A DNA stretch of 64,000 bases, taken from assembly GCA_964187785.1 (NCBI GenBank), contig OZ076409.1, positions 22,942,001 through 23,006,000 of the forward strand. Direction: 5' to 3'. Shown piece after piece: positions 36,861-48,001 of this stretch. The position numbers and the translations under genes are program-made. Within the stretch, counting starts at the first letter, position 1. Each line of letters opens with the position of its first letter. The stretch is from Amphiscolops sp. MND2022 (taxonomy: Eukaryota). The notes beneath the pieces are model-generated. The model did not search any database and had not been told where the DNA came from. It saw only the letters and a list, made by a program, of their open reading frames with translations.

Positions 36861-39800
36861 ATGTCATGCGCAAACACATCGGTTGTCGAGTACGTTGCTC
36901 TGAAACCAAACTGAATTTGGCTTAGTAAATATTTCTCTCGAGATGTTCTAGGATTTGATTGCAAAATAGGTTTTCAAAAACTTTCGACAATGCTGAAGTT
37001 ATTGATATGGGCCTATGATTGTTTGGTTCTTCTGCATCGCCATTTTGTTTATATTGGTATTACATGAGCTCTTTTAAGATGTTTTGGAATTTTTTCCTGT
37101 TTAAGAAATGCATTTCTTAGAATTGTGAGTGGTTCAGCAATGACGTTTATAGAGCCTTCAAGCGCCCATGCAGGAATATTAGATGGTCCAAATGGTTTCT
37201 TTTTACTTGAGCTCCTCACTAATTTTTTGCATTCATACAGAGGTATCGGATGAAAAGCAAGTTTTTGTAAGTTTGAGATCGAAGAAATATTAAACGTTTT
37301 TCTTTTGAAAAAAATTGCCTTGCCCAATAAAATCGCCCTGTTTTGAAAATCTATAATTGAGGAGGTTTGCTAAATTAAGTTTACGAATAAATTGTTGTTG
37401 TATGTCTTCGTATTTGAAGTCATTTGGATTCATATCTAGCCTAATATTGTTATAAAGACGTTTGGTCTCAGTAGAAACCCACTTCTGATGAAAATGAATG
37501 GTTAGATTACTCTTATCCTTGCGGATAATTTTTTTTTGATTTTGACTTTTTATCGTAGATTTCTTTCAAAAAGTTTTTTAGCGATGGTTGCAATTCAATA
37601 TTACTCATTATAGAAGTCGGAAAATGATCATTTGGTTTATTAGCTGATGTACGGAACGGGGTGTCAGATACAAATAATGAAAAGGAATGAGCATTATTTT
37701 AATCCTTGATAATTTAATCGATTAATGACTCCGATTTATTGCTTATTCTGGTTGGTTGATCAGTGTTGATTGATGTTAACCCATAAGGCAAAATAACAGT
37801 CTCAAGATCATCTCTTTCCCTTTGTTTCAGATATTTTATATTGTAATCGCCCATCATTGTCAGTGGTTTAGTTTCTATAATTGCATGATCAATAATTATG
37901 GATAACTCTTCAAGAAATTGATGGTAAAATGCTTTCTTCGGATTGTAGCTAAAATAAACAATTGCGTCTGCTTATTTTTCAAGCTGCATTCGATCCAGAG
38001 GATCTCAAGAGTTCTTTATTCAGATAGTTAAGATGGTTGCGCGTTTTGGGACTAAGGCACGCAGGAATTGTTAGCATTACTCCTCCACCATTTTCTTTAT
38101 TTAGTGATTCTCTATCAGTCCGAAATGTTTTGAAATGAGTTGGGCTCCTTTGCCATGACTTTTGTCATCGCTGGTTTTTAGCCAAGTGTCTCAAAAACCA
38201 AAGGTGGTGTTTGCACCAAGATCGTTGATGAGATTTTCGACTGTCGATATTCTTTTTAGTAGACTTTGTGCATTTAGGTGGAAAAACTTCACACTCCTAA
38301 TGTTCTTCTCGAACAAGGTTGTTAAATACTTGTAGTTTATTAGAGGTCCTGGATTTATATCAATGTCGCGGCTTAAAGAGTGTTTCCATTGCAAAAACAT
38401 GTTGAAGGTGGTTAAAAAAGGAAAAACTAGACTCGCCAATTGATGTTTGTTGCGAAAATTCCAAAAAAGGAATATTCTCTTAATTAGTGGAGAGACTACG
38501 GATATAAAAAATTATTATTCTTTAAACTCTTTGGTATGGTTCGTATCTCTTTGGGGATTGTCCATTTTTTGGTTGCACAGGCACTTCTTTTGATACTAAT
38601 AAACTAAGTTTCAAACCAGAAAGAATGAAAAACTTTAAGCTTTTTTTTCATGTTTTTAGGTTAGAAATGCCCGTGCTCCGATTGAAGTTGAACATCATTC
38701 AATGCAGTTACCACACGTCGCCCATATAGTGGAATGTAGTCCGTGGCTGATGATGATAGTATTGATATTGATTCATGTGTGCTTATTTCGGGTACTTTGT
38801 AATTTGATTCCAATAACATGAATTTGGACAATAGTAGGTTGTATTGATTCGGGGCAGTTTATTAGAATATCATGTGATGTATTTCAGGCTATTTCGTTTA
38901 ACCAGTAAGCCGAGATGGAAGTTGAAGTGAATGTCATCGAAGTATAAAGTTTCCGGATTTTTCGAAGGATTTTACTTGCTTGTTCAGATCGATGATTTGA
39001 ATAATTCACCATCTAAAAGAGGATACGAAACAATAAACCCACAAAAAAGGCTCGAGAAGATTATAGCCTATCCGGTTACATCCAGTTATGTTTGAAACTC
39101 GAGAAAGTGGTTAAAAAAGAGCGGTGTGACGTTTAAAATTCACAAATGATAGAAACAGAGAACATTATTTTTTGGATTAAACGTAGAATGCCCAATCATT
39201 GAAACACTACTTGAGACCAACAAAAACTGAACCTTTGGGTTGCTTTTAGACCACAATCTGATGCACAGAAAAAATTCTTATACAATTGGAAAGAAGTATT
39301 GTTACACATATAATGGAGCCCCAAAAATTTTGTAATATTGCTGGGATATTTGAATAATGCCTAACTAGTCGAAAGACGTTTTGGACTGCAAAAACAGTTT
39401 AAGTGCGTTCGATTTCATTATCAACCCCAATTCAACCAGACTTCCAGATAAGTCCTCAACTTCACTTTCGATTTTTGAATTCCTTCAAAACGTTCGATTG
39501 AAAGCAAAAAATGAAAAAAAACACTAGCATTGCAATATACGAGAAAATATCAATATGAAGGAAGAAAAGCGTTGAAATCGTCGTCTCTCCTAGATCAATA
39601 ACTGTACAAAATGAGAACATCCGGATTACCAACGGTCGATGACCTGGTATACGCGGTCAAAAAAGTGTGGTTAGGGTAGCTCCAGAAAAAACCAACAGAA
39701 ACTATAAAACCCTAACAAGAACGGTTGACAAACAGAATTGAAAATGCAACTACCAAGCCTCCTTCTCGAGAAAAAGATAGAAGACTTCGCTGCGAAATAC

Positions 39801-40077
39801 ATAAAAATCAACGATATAAGGTGAGTTCTTTAGTTGAGGTAGCTCAACAAGAACACAACTTCCAAAAACTTCGATCCTATCTTCCTGCAAAGACATATAG
39901 CACCAAACCCAGAAATACAAAAAGCTTCAAATGTAGCAAAACTCAAAAACGTTTCCTCTACTATTGTAGCTAAACTTTCAGCAACAACCAATCCTAACGC
40001 AAACTCAAATCAAAAAACGCAACTTCAAAACTCTAAGTGATATCACTAATAATTCATGAATTAAGCAAAATTGGAAC

Positions 40078-40677
40078 AACAAGATGGGAACGTCTCAAGT
40101 CGGCGCTATTACGAAGGCTAAAAAAGATCGATCCCACGCCTCTTCCTCAGTAAAACGCAAATTACTTCGGATAGAACGTCAAAAGTTCAAATATAGCGCT
40201 TTACTCCGGATAAAACGTCAAATGTTCGGAAAGTATTGAAAAAATTATTTGCGGGTACCTTTTGAAAAAACTTAATTTCTGACCAAAAAATTAATTTGAA
40301 ACAGTGTCAAATTGCCGAAAAATGTTAAAGGGGAGTCCCTTTGGGCTTTTTGAAATTTCAGTTTGTTGCAAAATTAATAAAGTTGAAGGGGGACCCTTTG
40401 GAGACAAACAAAACGTTCGAGAAAAAAGTCGTCCAGTACCGAAAAATGTCAAAGGGGGGACCCTACAGTCTCGTCCGGCTTTGTATCTTACGTTAAAAAT
40501 AGAATAAATGAAAGGGGCCCTCTGCACTAACTTAGATGCGTTTCCGCTTGGGGTTCAGTAGTTTAGTAATTCTATAAAAAGTGTCCTTTACGCATACATT
40601 CTATTATCTGAAGAAAAAAAACTAGCTACTGTTTTAGTCGGGCTTTTTTCTTGCAAGAAAAATTCGACGACTAAAAA
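40078..40677 (-). mobile_element. HINE/DINE-1-like element, same family as 18741-19240
   Basis: Same termini: AACAAGATGGGAACGTCTCAAGTCGGCGCT...TAGTCGGGC..CGACTAAAAA. Confidence 0.65.
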
Positions 40678-41574
40678 TGAAAAACAAAAATGATATGGCA
40701 AGAATGGCATGAAGTTGAGATCCTGATGTGTTGTTCATCAATCCTTGAAAATAAAATAGCTCAGGTTTTTACAATGACTGCATTGAAAAACCTTTTTTCA
40801 CAGTGGAGTACAAAGGAAAGAAATTTTCAATGGACAAACTTGTATCACAGAACTGGAAAAAAACATTCAGTCCTCTTTTCAAAAATGTTCAATAATGGTT
40901 CCAGATTCTGTTGACGATTCTGTTTTGAAATCCAGCGAGCGTTTCCAATGATTCCGTGAAATCCAATGATTTTACAAAAAAAGGCTCAAATCAAATAGAA
41001 AACTGGTTTTCGATTACCAAAAACGAATCCAATTATAAAGGTTTAACTTTCGGACCCAAAAATATGAAACAAGTCGTGTCACTGAACGAAACGGGTATTT
41101 AAAAAAAACAAACGAACGTACTTGGGTCTATTCGCAGATAGCAGGGACGCGATGTTTAGAATATTAATTGTGAACATTCTGTTAAGTATGTGAAAAATTA
41201 CTGTTCGAAGAAACTGGCGCTTTCCTTGAAATATGGGAACTTTTTCGCCGATTTTGGTAGGTTTGTAGTCACACTTGAGAAGCTCTCACCTTCATCGACT
41301 GCTCTGAAAGGAATATTCGTCACACTGGTTTTATTCAAAGCGATCTGAAAACTGAATGGACATAAGGAAACATGAAAAACTTACTTTCATTAGTAACAAA
41401 ATCATTGACAATCCGTGAAGTACAATTTTTGGCGTTTGCTCTTTATAAATGCGTAAACAGAAACTGAACAGGCTCAAAAGCAGGCAGATTTTGGCATCTA
41501 CTTTCCACAAAACGAAACGCGACAGTGATCAAGATAACTCGGGAGGCGATAGATGGTTATCAGTTTTTGGATTG

Positions 41575-42625
41575 CCCGGGTCGACCCTCCATGGATATCT
41601 TAGTAAGATCTTGGCAAGATCTTGCCAAGATCTTGGAAAATTCTTAGCTAAGATCGTGACAAGATATTGCCAAGAATTGCAAGATGCCATGGTAAGATCT
41701 TATCCAGAGAGCCATGTTTCCAAGAAAAATCTTACTAAGAAGCCCAATATGGCAAGAAAAATCTAACTAAGAAGCCGAATATGGCAAGAAAAAAATTTCT
41801 ACGAACTGCTCGATATCGAAAAAAAGTAGAATCAGAAAACCATTAAATTTAAAGCTATTGAAAATCCAAAACTCACTTAAAACTATAAAATACAAGACTC
41901 TTTTCAACCATTAGAAAAACATCAAAAACAACTGAAATATCTTTTTTAATGTCACCAAAAAAATCTAACATCCAAAAACTAACAGGCTCAAAGAAAGCTG
42001 GAAATATGATTTTTACAAAAATTTCAAGATTTTAAGGTCTTTCCTTTGTAACTTTCCGATAGTGGGTCTGGACGTTTGAGAGCATATTTCTCCGTCTCTG
42101 GAATCGACAGGAATGATAAATTACAAGTTTTGAAAAGCCCTTGAAATTACCTTTCATTTGGTACATTCGGCATTTTTCAGTCTTAAACAGGTGAGGAATT
42201 ATTAGGATTCTCGTCAGAATTTCTGAAGCCAGACTACGTTATCGTAATTTTTCACGCATTTTTGCATGCAAAATTTTTTCAGCAGGTTTAAGCATTTTGA
42301 TTAATGAAAACGAGTAGAAATAGTCGTTGTTGGGTGAAATGAGCCTTTAGATTGAGTCTCGGTTGCTTGTACCGAAGGTATAGTGTTTTTTAATAATCTT
42401 AAAATTTTGTCCATCGTGATAAGATACGATCTTGGAATAAGTATTAATACTTATTCCAAGATCGTATCTTATCACGATGGACAAAATATCACGATACTAA
42501 GATAATTATCTTAGTAAGATCTTAATAAGAATCTTGCCATGGGATCCATGGCTGCCAAGATGTACTAAGAATTTGGCAAGATCTTGCCAAGACAGCCAAG
42601 ATGCTAGTAAGAGGGTCAACCCGGG
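41575..42625. mobile_element. Non-autonomous TIR element with CCC...GGG ends and 2-bp TSD (CMC/EnSpm-like)
   Basis: TIR CCCGGGTYGACCCTC (14/15), TG on both sides, subterminal AAGATCTTGCC repeats. Confidence 0.7.
42404..42487. repeat. Perfect 84-bp spacerless palindrome
   Basis: 42-bp arms centred between 42445 and 42446 (GTATT|AATAC). Confidence 0.95.
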
Positions 42626-43147
42626 TGATCATAAAGATGTCTTGATAAAACTATTCGAACAATTGAACAACACACCTCTTCTACATCACAGCCAACAACT
42701 GACAATGCATATTAATTCAACAACAGGTGGTGGAAGCTGGGAACTTTGTCATCTACCTATAACTATATTTTACCTAAACCAAATTCAGTTGAAACACCAT
42801 CAGAAGAGCATTAACTGATTGATAACTCTCGATTTATACCCTACAGAATATTTGCTTTTGCGTATAGATAACCTTATATGTGAATGAAATTCGTCATTTA
42901 TTTCTCACTGACAGCACATAAATGTTATTAGACTCATTCTGTGTCCAAATGAATTTTTTGCTTTTTATGACATTATCGAAACTAACTTCTTAGGTAAACG
43001 CCTTTCAATCTAGAAAAATCTCCAGCATGAATTTCGGGAAAAATTCATGGTTACGAGTACTTAAAGCAGTGTCTCTTGTTCGACCATACATAACAAAAAT
43101 GACCCTAATTGTTTGACATAATTGTCTAAAAGAGCAAACCCTTGTTG

Positions 43148-43695
43148 AAACTGCTTGAACTTTTCGCATGTACTTTAATGTTGCCAGCAACTTTTATTAT
43201 GATTTTCTAAAACTCTTACGGAAATTTTCATGCGAAATTTTGTCCCTGTTGTATTTAACTTTTATCAAGCTGCTTGAAAGATTCATCAAAGTTTTGGCGG
43301 AAATTTTAAATCTTGAAGTTTTGCAGGTTTCATTAAGCAGTAGTTATAATTTTGAAAGCAAATAAGGCGCTATCAATTTTACCGCTAATTTAATGCAAAA
43401 TAACTTCAGTCGCATAATAAACTGCAAGTTAGCGTCATCTCTAGTGTGCTATTTGAGAAGCGGTGATCACATCAGATGAGTAGTTGAGAAAACAAAGTGT
43501 TAATGCAAAGTGATCGTGTCGGTAATCTAGTGTAATTTATTTTCAAATTTGATTACAATAGTGTAAAATGCAGTGTAATTGTACATGATTTATCAACCGA
43601 AGTTCACTGAATTTTCTAGGTTTTATAAAAAATTACCCTGCATGCATGCCTGCAGCATGTAAAAAGTTCCTGCAGCTTCAACTAGGGAAGTTTCA
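43148..43695. repeat. Dispersed repeat, copy 2 (uninterrupted)
   Basis: Aligns to 14182-14611 plus 15036-15135. Confidence 0.75.
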
Positions 43696-45350
43696 CGCCT
43701 GGAAGAAGTCAGAATTGTATGGAACGGTCACATTGTTGACGCAAACGTTCTCTGCAATTACAAACTTAGCAATTTTATATGTGAACTAATGTAAGATGAA
43801 GGATTATACCGATAACTTTTATTTCATTGGACCAAAAGTTCATAGCAACGTTGTAAAAATATGTTATTCTGAGAGTGTATTTCTTCTACATGTTGCAGTT
43901 ATAACGCAGATGAATCCTTTTGTATGATGTCCTTGACATTAGCGCCGGTAGTCCGGCAGTGGATTATCGCCATCTACCATAAGTTTGCTGCGGTTATTGA
44001 TGTTTGTAGCTTGTGAGCTACTAATTTTGATCTAATTTCCCCCAGAATTTGGAATTTTATTTTTTTGTTCAATGCCCCTTTTTAAAAACTGTTTGAACTT
44101 TGGTCCTGAGGATAGTAGCAAAATCAGATGCACGGTACTTTTAGCAATGAAAAACCAGGATCGGTTAGATAGTTTCTCTTTGGTGCGGGACCTCCTCACA
44201 CGGAACGTAACTCTAAGGAGGTAAAATGGATCTGCAACGGATGGGAGCCAGACAAGGGCAAATTTCCTATTTCTGCCGATTCCTCCCTTCTTATGTCGTA
44301 CTCAGCGCCCTATCACGGCTTGACAATACAAAAACACTCAGTCTACTCTTTACTACTACATTAAAATCTTTACATTAATCAGTCTAATCTCTACTACACT
44401 AGAAAGCGGTACTGACATTGTTTTGAGGGCGTCGAGCTTTGCCCATATGTTCAAAGTTCTTTTCTTTGCAGATCTCGTGAAATGTGTCTGATTTTTTTTT
44501 CGATTTCTACCTCATATTTCTGAAAACTCAAATAGATACGGACACCATTCTCCCTCCGAAAGTACAACAAGGATGTGGGCTGGTTCTTGTACCAACGAAG
44601 TTTCCGTCATCAAGTACGCCTACGTTTTTTTGCCTACGGAATCCATGGTTTCAAAAAATATACAAGGGTTCTGCAGGCTACATTTTAGCATAGTAACGTC
44701 GAAAGTTTTTTCGTTCTGGATTTTTAGGCAAAAAAGGGATGAAAAAATTATCATTTTTTCCCATTTTAGCTGATATTCCTCAGAACTGAAAACATACGGA
44801 AACCTTCCTCCCTTAGAAAAGGGATGTAGGATTATTTTACTACCATCATAGTTTCCTTTTTTTAGTTCTTTCATCGAAATTTCCTGATATGAGGCTAGAT
44901 TAAAAATTCAAATGGTTTTGGGCCCTGGAATATACACAAATCGTAACACCTTCTGCAAATCATTGAACGTTTCGGCTCGAAGCCAAGCGCGACATGCCGT
45001 CGCGTCTATGTGTAATAGTTCTTCAGCAGTTGTTTGAATAAAGCAAATGTTCCTATAAAAAAGACTCCATGTCTTCCAACAAATCTGAAAATTTTATCAC
45101 ACAATTTGATTTCAGTTTAACCCTTGAAAACTAATGGTCGCTCCAGGAGTGTCCATTAGTGTAGCTTGCCAGTCATATTAAGTGGAACGTACGATGTCGA
45201 GCTGCCAGAGGCATGATTCCAAACACCAATTAGTTGGAAGTTTCATTGTCACTTTGCCTTTTCAGTTGTGATGTTTCGAAAATGTGTAAGTTGCTATGGC
45301 ATTACAGATAGTTATTACTATAGCAACATTCCCTGCAGTTTTATTGCTAC

Positions 45351-47259
45351 TGTGTTGACCGTGATTCGAGAGTAAATCACTTGGTTCAACCGATCTATAC
45401 CTATAATCCGTGTTTCCTGCGTCCTCGTCATCGGGGTCATGACGCACGTTGTTAGGTGGTTTTTCTGCCAGTGTATCAATTTTAGAAGTCAGGTTCTCTA
45501 TCATCTTCAGAATCTCGCGCTGTCCGACTTCTGCGTCTTTGATTCTTTTACTTACAGACTTTTCTATCTTTTCAGATAATTCCGTAAAATCTCTATCAGA
45601 CAAACTAGGTGCGTTTTCAGTTGTCATGCTAGAAGATTCAGGTTCGTCTAAGGAGTTCACAGGGGAATCCCTTCTGGCTTTTCTTTTGGAGCTACGTTCT
45701 GGCATCTTACTTAGGCTTGGTAATTCTCGATTTTCTTTTTAAGGAAATTAGAGCAAGTTCTCAAGTGACAAAGCGTGATGTTTCAAGATTTTTAATTATC
45801 GTTAAACGGAAAATAATTGTTTCGCAAAATAACAAAATTCAACTAAAATGGCTTTTAGCTCCCATTGTATTTATACATTCCATCCCGGAAAGCGGGGAAA
45901 AGACACGAACATACTTCAGATTTTGTTCAGTCCGGCGTCCGTCCGAGGCAGGGAAACAGGAAGTTCAGTTCCGCTTTGTCGAACTCAGGCTTTCAGCTTG
46001 TTCATGCTTTCCGAAGAAAGCACGCGTCCACTTCCTGTCTGAGTTGCGACTCCGCTTCCCTTCGCCTCCAACTTCCCGCCTCTTCAGGACGCCGAACTGA
46101 AAAAACTATCAAAGACACGCGCAATGAGTCATTGAATGAGATTGATTAACTGCACAATATTGGGAAAAAATGATGACAACCAATTTTCCTTTACAAATAT
46201 TTCTCTAAATTAAATAAATCAGCAACAATTTGGATGAAATTTAACACAAATCACACATTAAGTTTTAAATGAAAGAGTAGAATTGCTTCTACAGTATTTA
46301 CGGCTCTGATTTTTGGTTAAGATCACGAAGCCTGGTCCCAGGCCAAAGTCCGGGACGGACAAATTTGTTCAATGAGTAAAGCAACTATTAATTATAAACA
46401 GCATCAGATACATTGTTCAGAAAGGTATTTAATGCAATTAAACGGCAACAGATTCAGGGAACAGGATATACATGTTATTAACACTTGGTTTGATATTCGG
46501 TACTAAATCTTTGGTCCAGGCTGCGGTTCAGGCCTGTTTATAGATTAATCAATATTTACATGTAAAAGAACGTTGTATGCGATATTTTAAACGACGATAT
46601 AGTTCAAGATCATAGATAATAGTCTCTAGATTCATTTCGAGACAAAGTTACATGATAGCATCATCATCTTTCACTTTCGTGATTGATTTATTGTATGTAT
46701 ATCTCAGGCCGCATCCCAGGCCGCGGTACGTGATGTTCTATTAAGTTAGCACAGAAATCTCAATTGTTGGTATATTTGCACTCGTATTGTTAATAAATCA
46801 CTGCACTAGACATTAGTTCATTTACATGTATTCATTATAGCGCGCACTTGTATATTAGTTTGCTGAGTTTACAATTCTCAGGCTGCCTGCCAGGCCGCCG
46901 CTTTAGTGCGAGTATTTGAGGCCGGCTGCGTATTAATCAGTTCCCTCTTTAATTTCTCGGTTCGTTCACTGAGCGGTGCAATTCGATTATTATTATTACA
47001 TAGTATTGTAATATTATTAACTGCACGAATAGCTCCGTTATTCCGTAAGTACGTATTTATATAAGTGTACATTATTATGATAATAATACTACTATGCATA
47101 TATTTATTTATTTACCTTCAAATTTATATTGTTTAACTCTTTTGTTTCTGATTGTTTGTCAGCTGTCTATTTCCTCTTCTTTTGTTCTTTTCCCAATTTA
47201 TTCTTCGAAGACTGGGTTGTGTTTGTTGCAATACTCGCAGCTCAGACGGGGCTGTGACA
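45351..47259 (-). repeat. 3' LTR of element B (1909 bp)
   Basis: Direct repeat of 58902-60808; contains a second copy of the Gag N-terminus (ORF 45262-45705 reads out into the flank). Confidence 0.97.
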
Positions 47260-47782
47260 GTCCTCGGCTTCTGTACCCAGTTCCCTCAGGAAGGAGAAAT
47301 TGGGAAATTGATCGAATCGGGGTCTCAAATAGCGTTGGGAGATCGTCAGTTAAGGAATTGTAGGATCGCCAAGATGAGTCTGTCTCCCAATCGCTTCCCG
47401 AATAGTACCCTTCTGAGCTACTGTAGAAACTTATTGGGCTATCAACGTTGTAGTCGGGATTATCGTAAATTTCACGGTCGAATTGCCTGACCGGACTCAC
47501 AAATGTGTCTTCGGGGATCACTGGGTTGTCTTGCGTGAAACGTCTGATGACTCCCGTCTCGCTTTCTGTGCTCGTGGTATCGGCCGGCGCTTCTTCATGT
47601 ACTAGGACTACGTGGTAGTCCTGTGTTTTAATGATTTCATAAGTAATGTTAATTTGCCGCGTGGTAATTAGGTTATAATCTGGTGGCAGTGTACCTGCTC
47701 TTTGTTCGGGCTGCTGCTGTTGATCTCGTTCGAGAATGAAGACGTCTTCGTCCATTTTGCTGCTTGAATTTGGATGATTCAT
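47198..47782 (-). CDS. Acidic accessory ORF of element B running into the 3' LTR
   Basis: Intact 194 aa; the last 62 nt (LSQPRLSCEYC...) lie inside the LTR. Confidence 0.65.
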   Translation of the reverse strand: MNHPNSSSKMDEDVFILERDQQQQPEQRAGTLPPDYNLITTRQINITYEIIKTQDYHVVLVHEEAPADTTSTESETGVIRRFTQDNPVIPEDTFVSPVRQFDREIYDNPDYNVDSPISFYSSSEGYYSGSDWETDSSWRSYNSLTDDLPTLFETPIRSISQFLLPEGTGYRSRGLSQPRLSCEYCNKHNPVFEE

Positions 47783-48001
47783 TGTAGTAGTAAACTAAGC
47801 GTCAGTCAATTTTTAGTACAACTGATTTGCTTCGCTTGGAAAATTTGTTCACACGGTTTGTGTCAACTCCATGAATTGTTCAGCTGGCAGACTGAACAAC
47901 TCTCCTTATATAGTAAATAACTTTTGATAGTAGAAATTTCCTTGCTTTACGCCACATCTTCTTTGATTTTATGCTGGTTGTTGTTTTTAGATTGTTTGAA
48001 A

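Larger units (their letters stand above)
34851..38600 (-). mobile_element. Degenerate non-LTR retrotransposon (CR1/L2-like APE + RT), interrupted by an insertion at ~35670-36876
   Basis: FHLNAQSL (APE start), GPSNIPAW..IAEPLT..IPKHLKRAHVIPI, QFGFR, FLDLSKA and a C-terminal RT fragment at 34953-35195. Confidence 0.8.

Noticed and set aside
43900..45345. Decayed transposase (Transib/Chapaev-like) flanking element B
   Set aside because: Only vague motif resemblance across broken frames; not supportable without a search.
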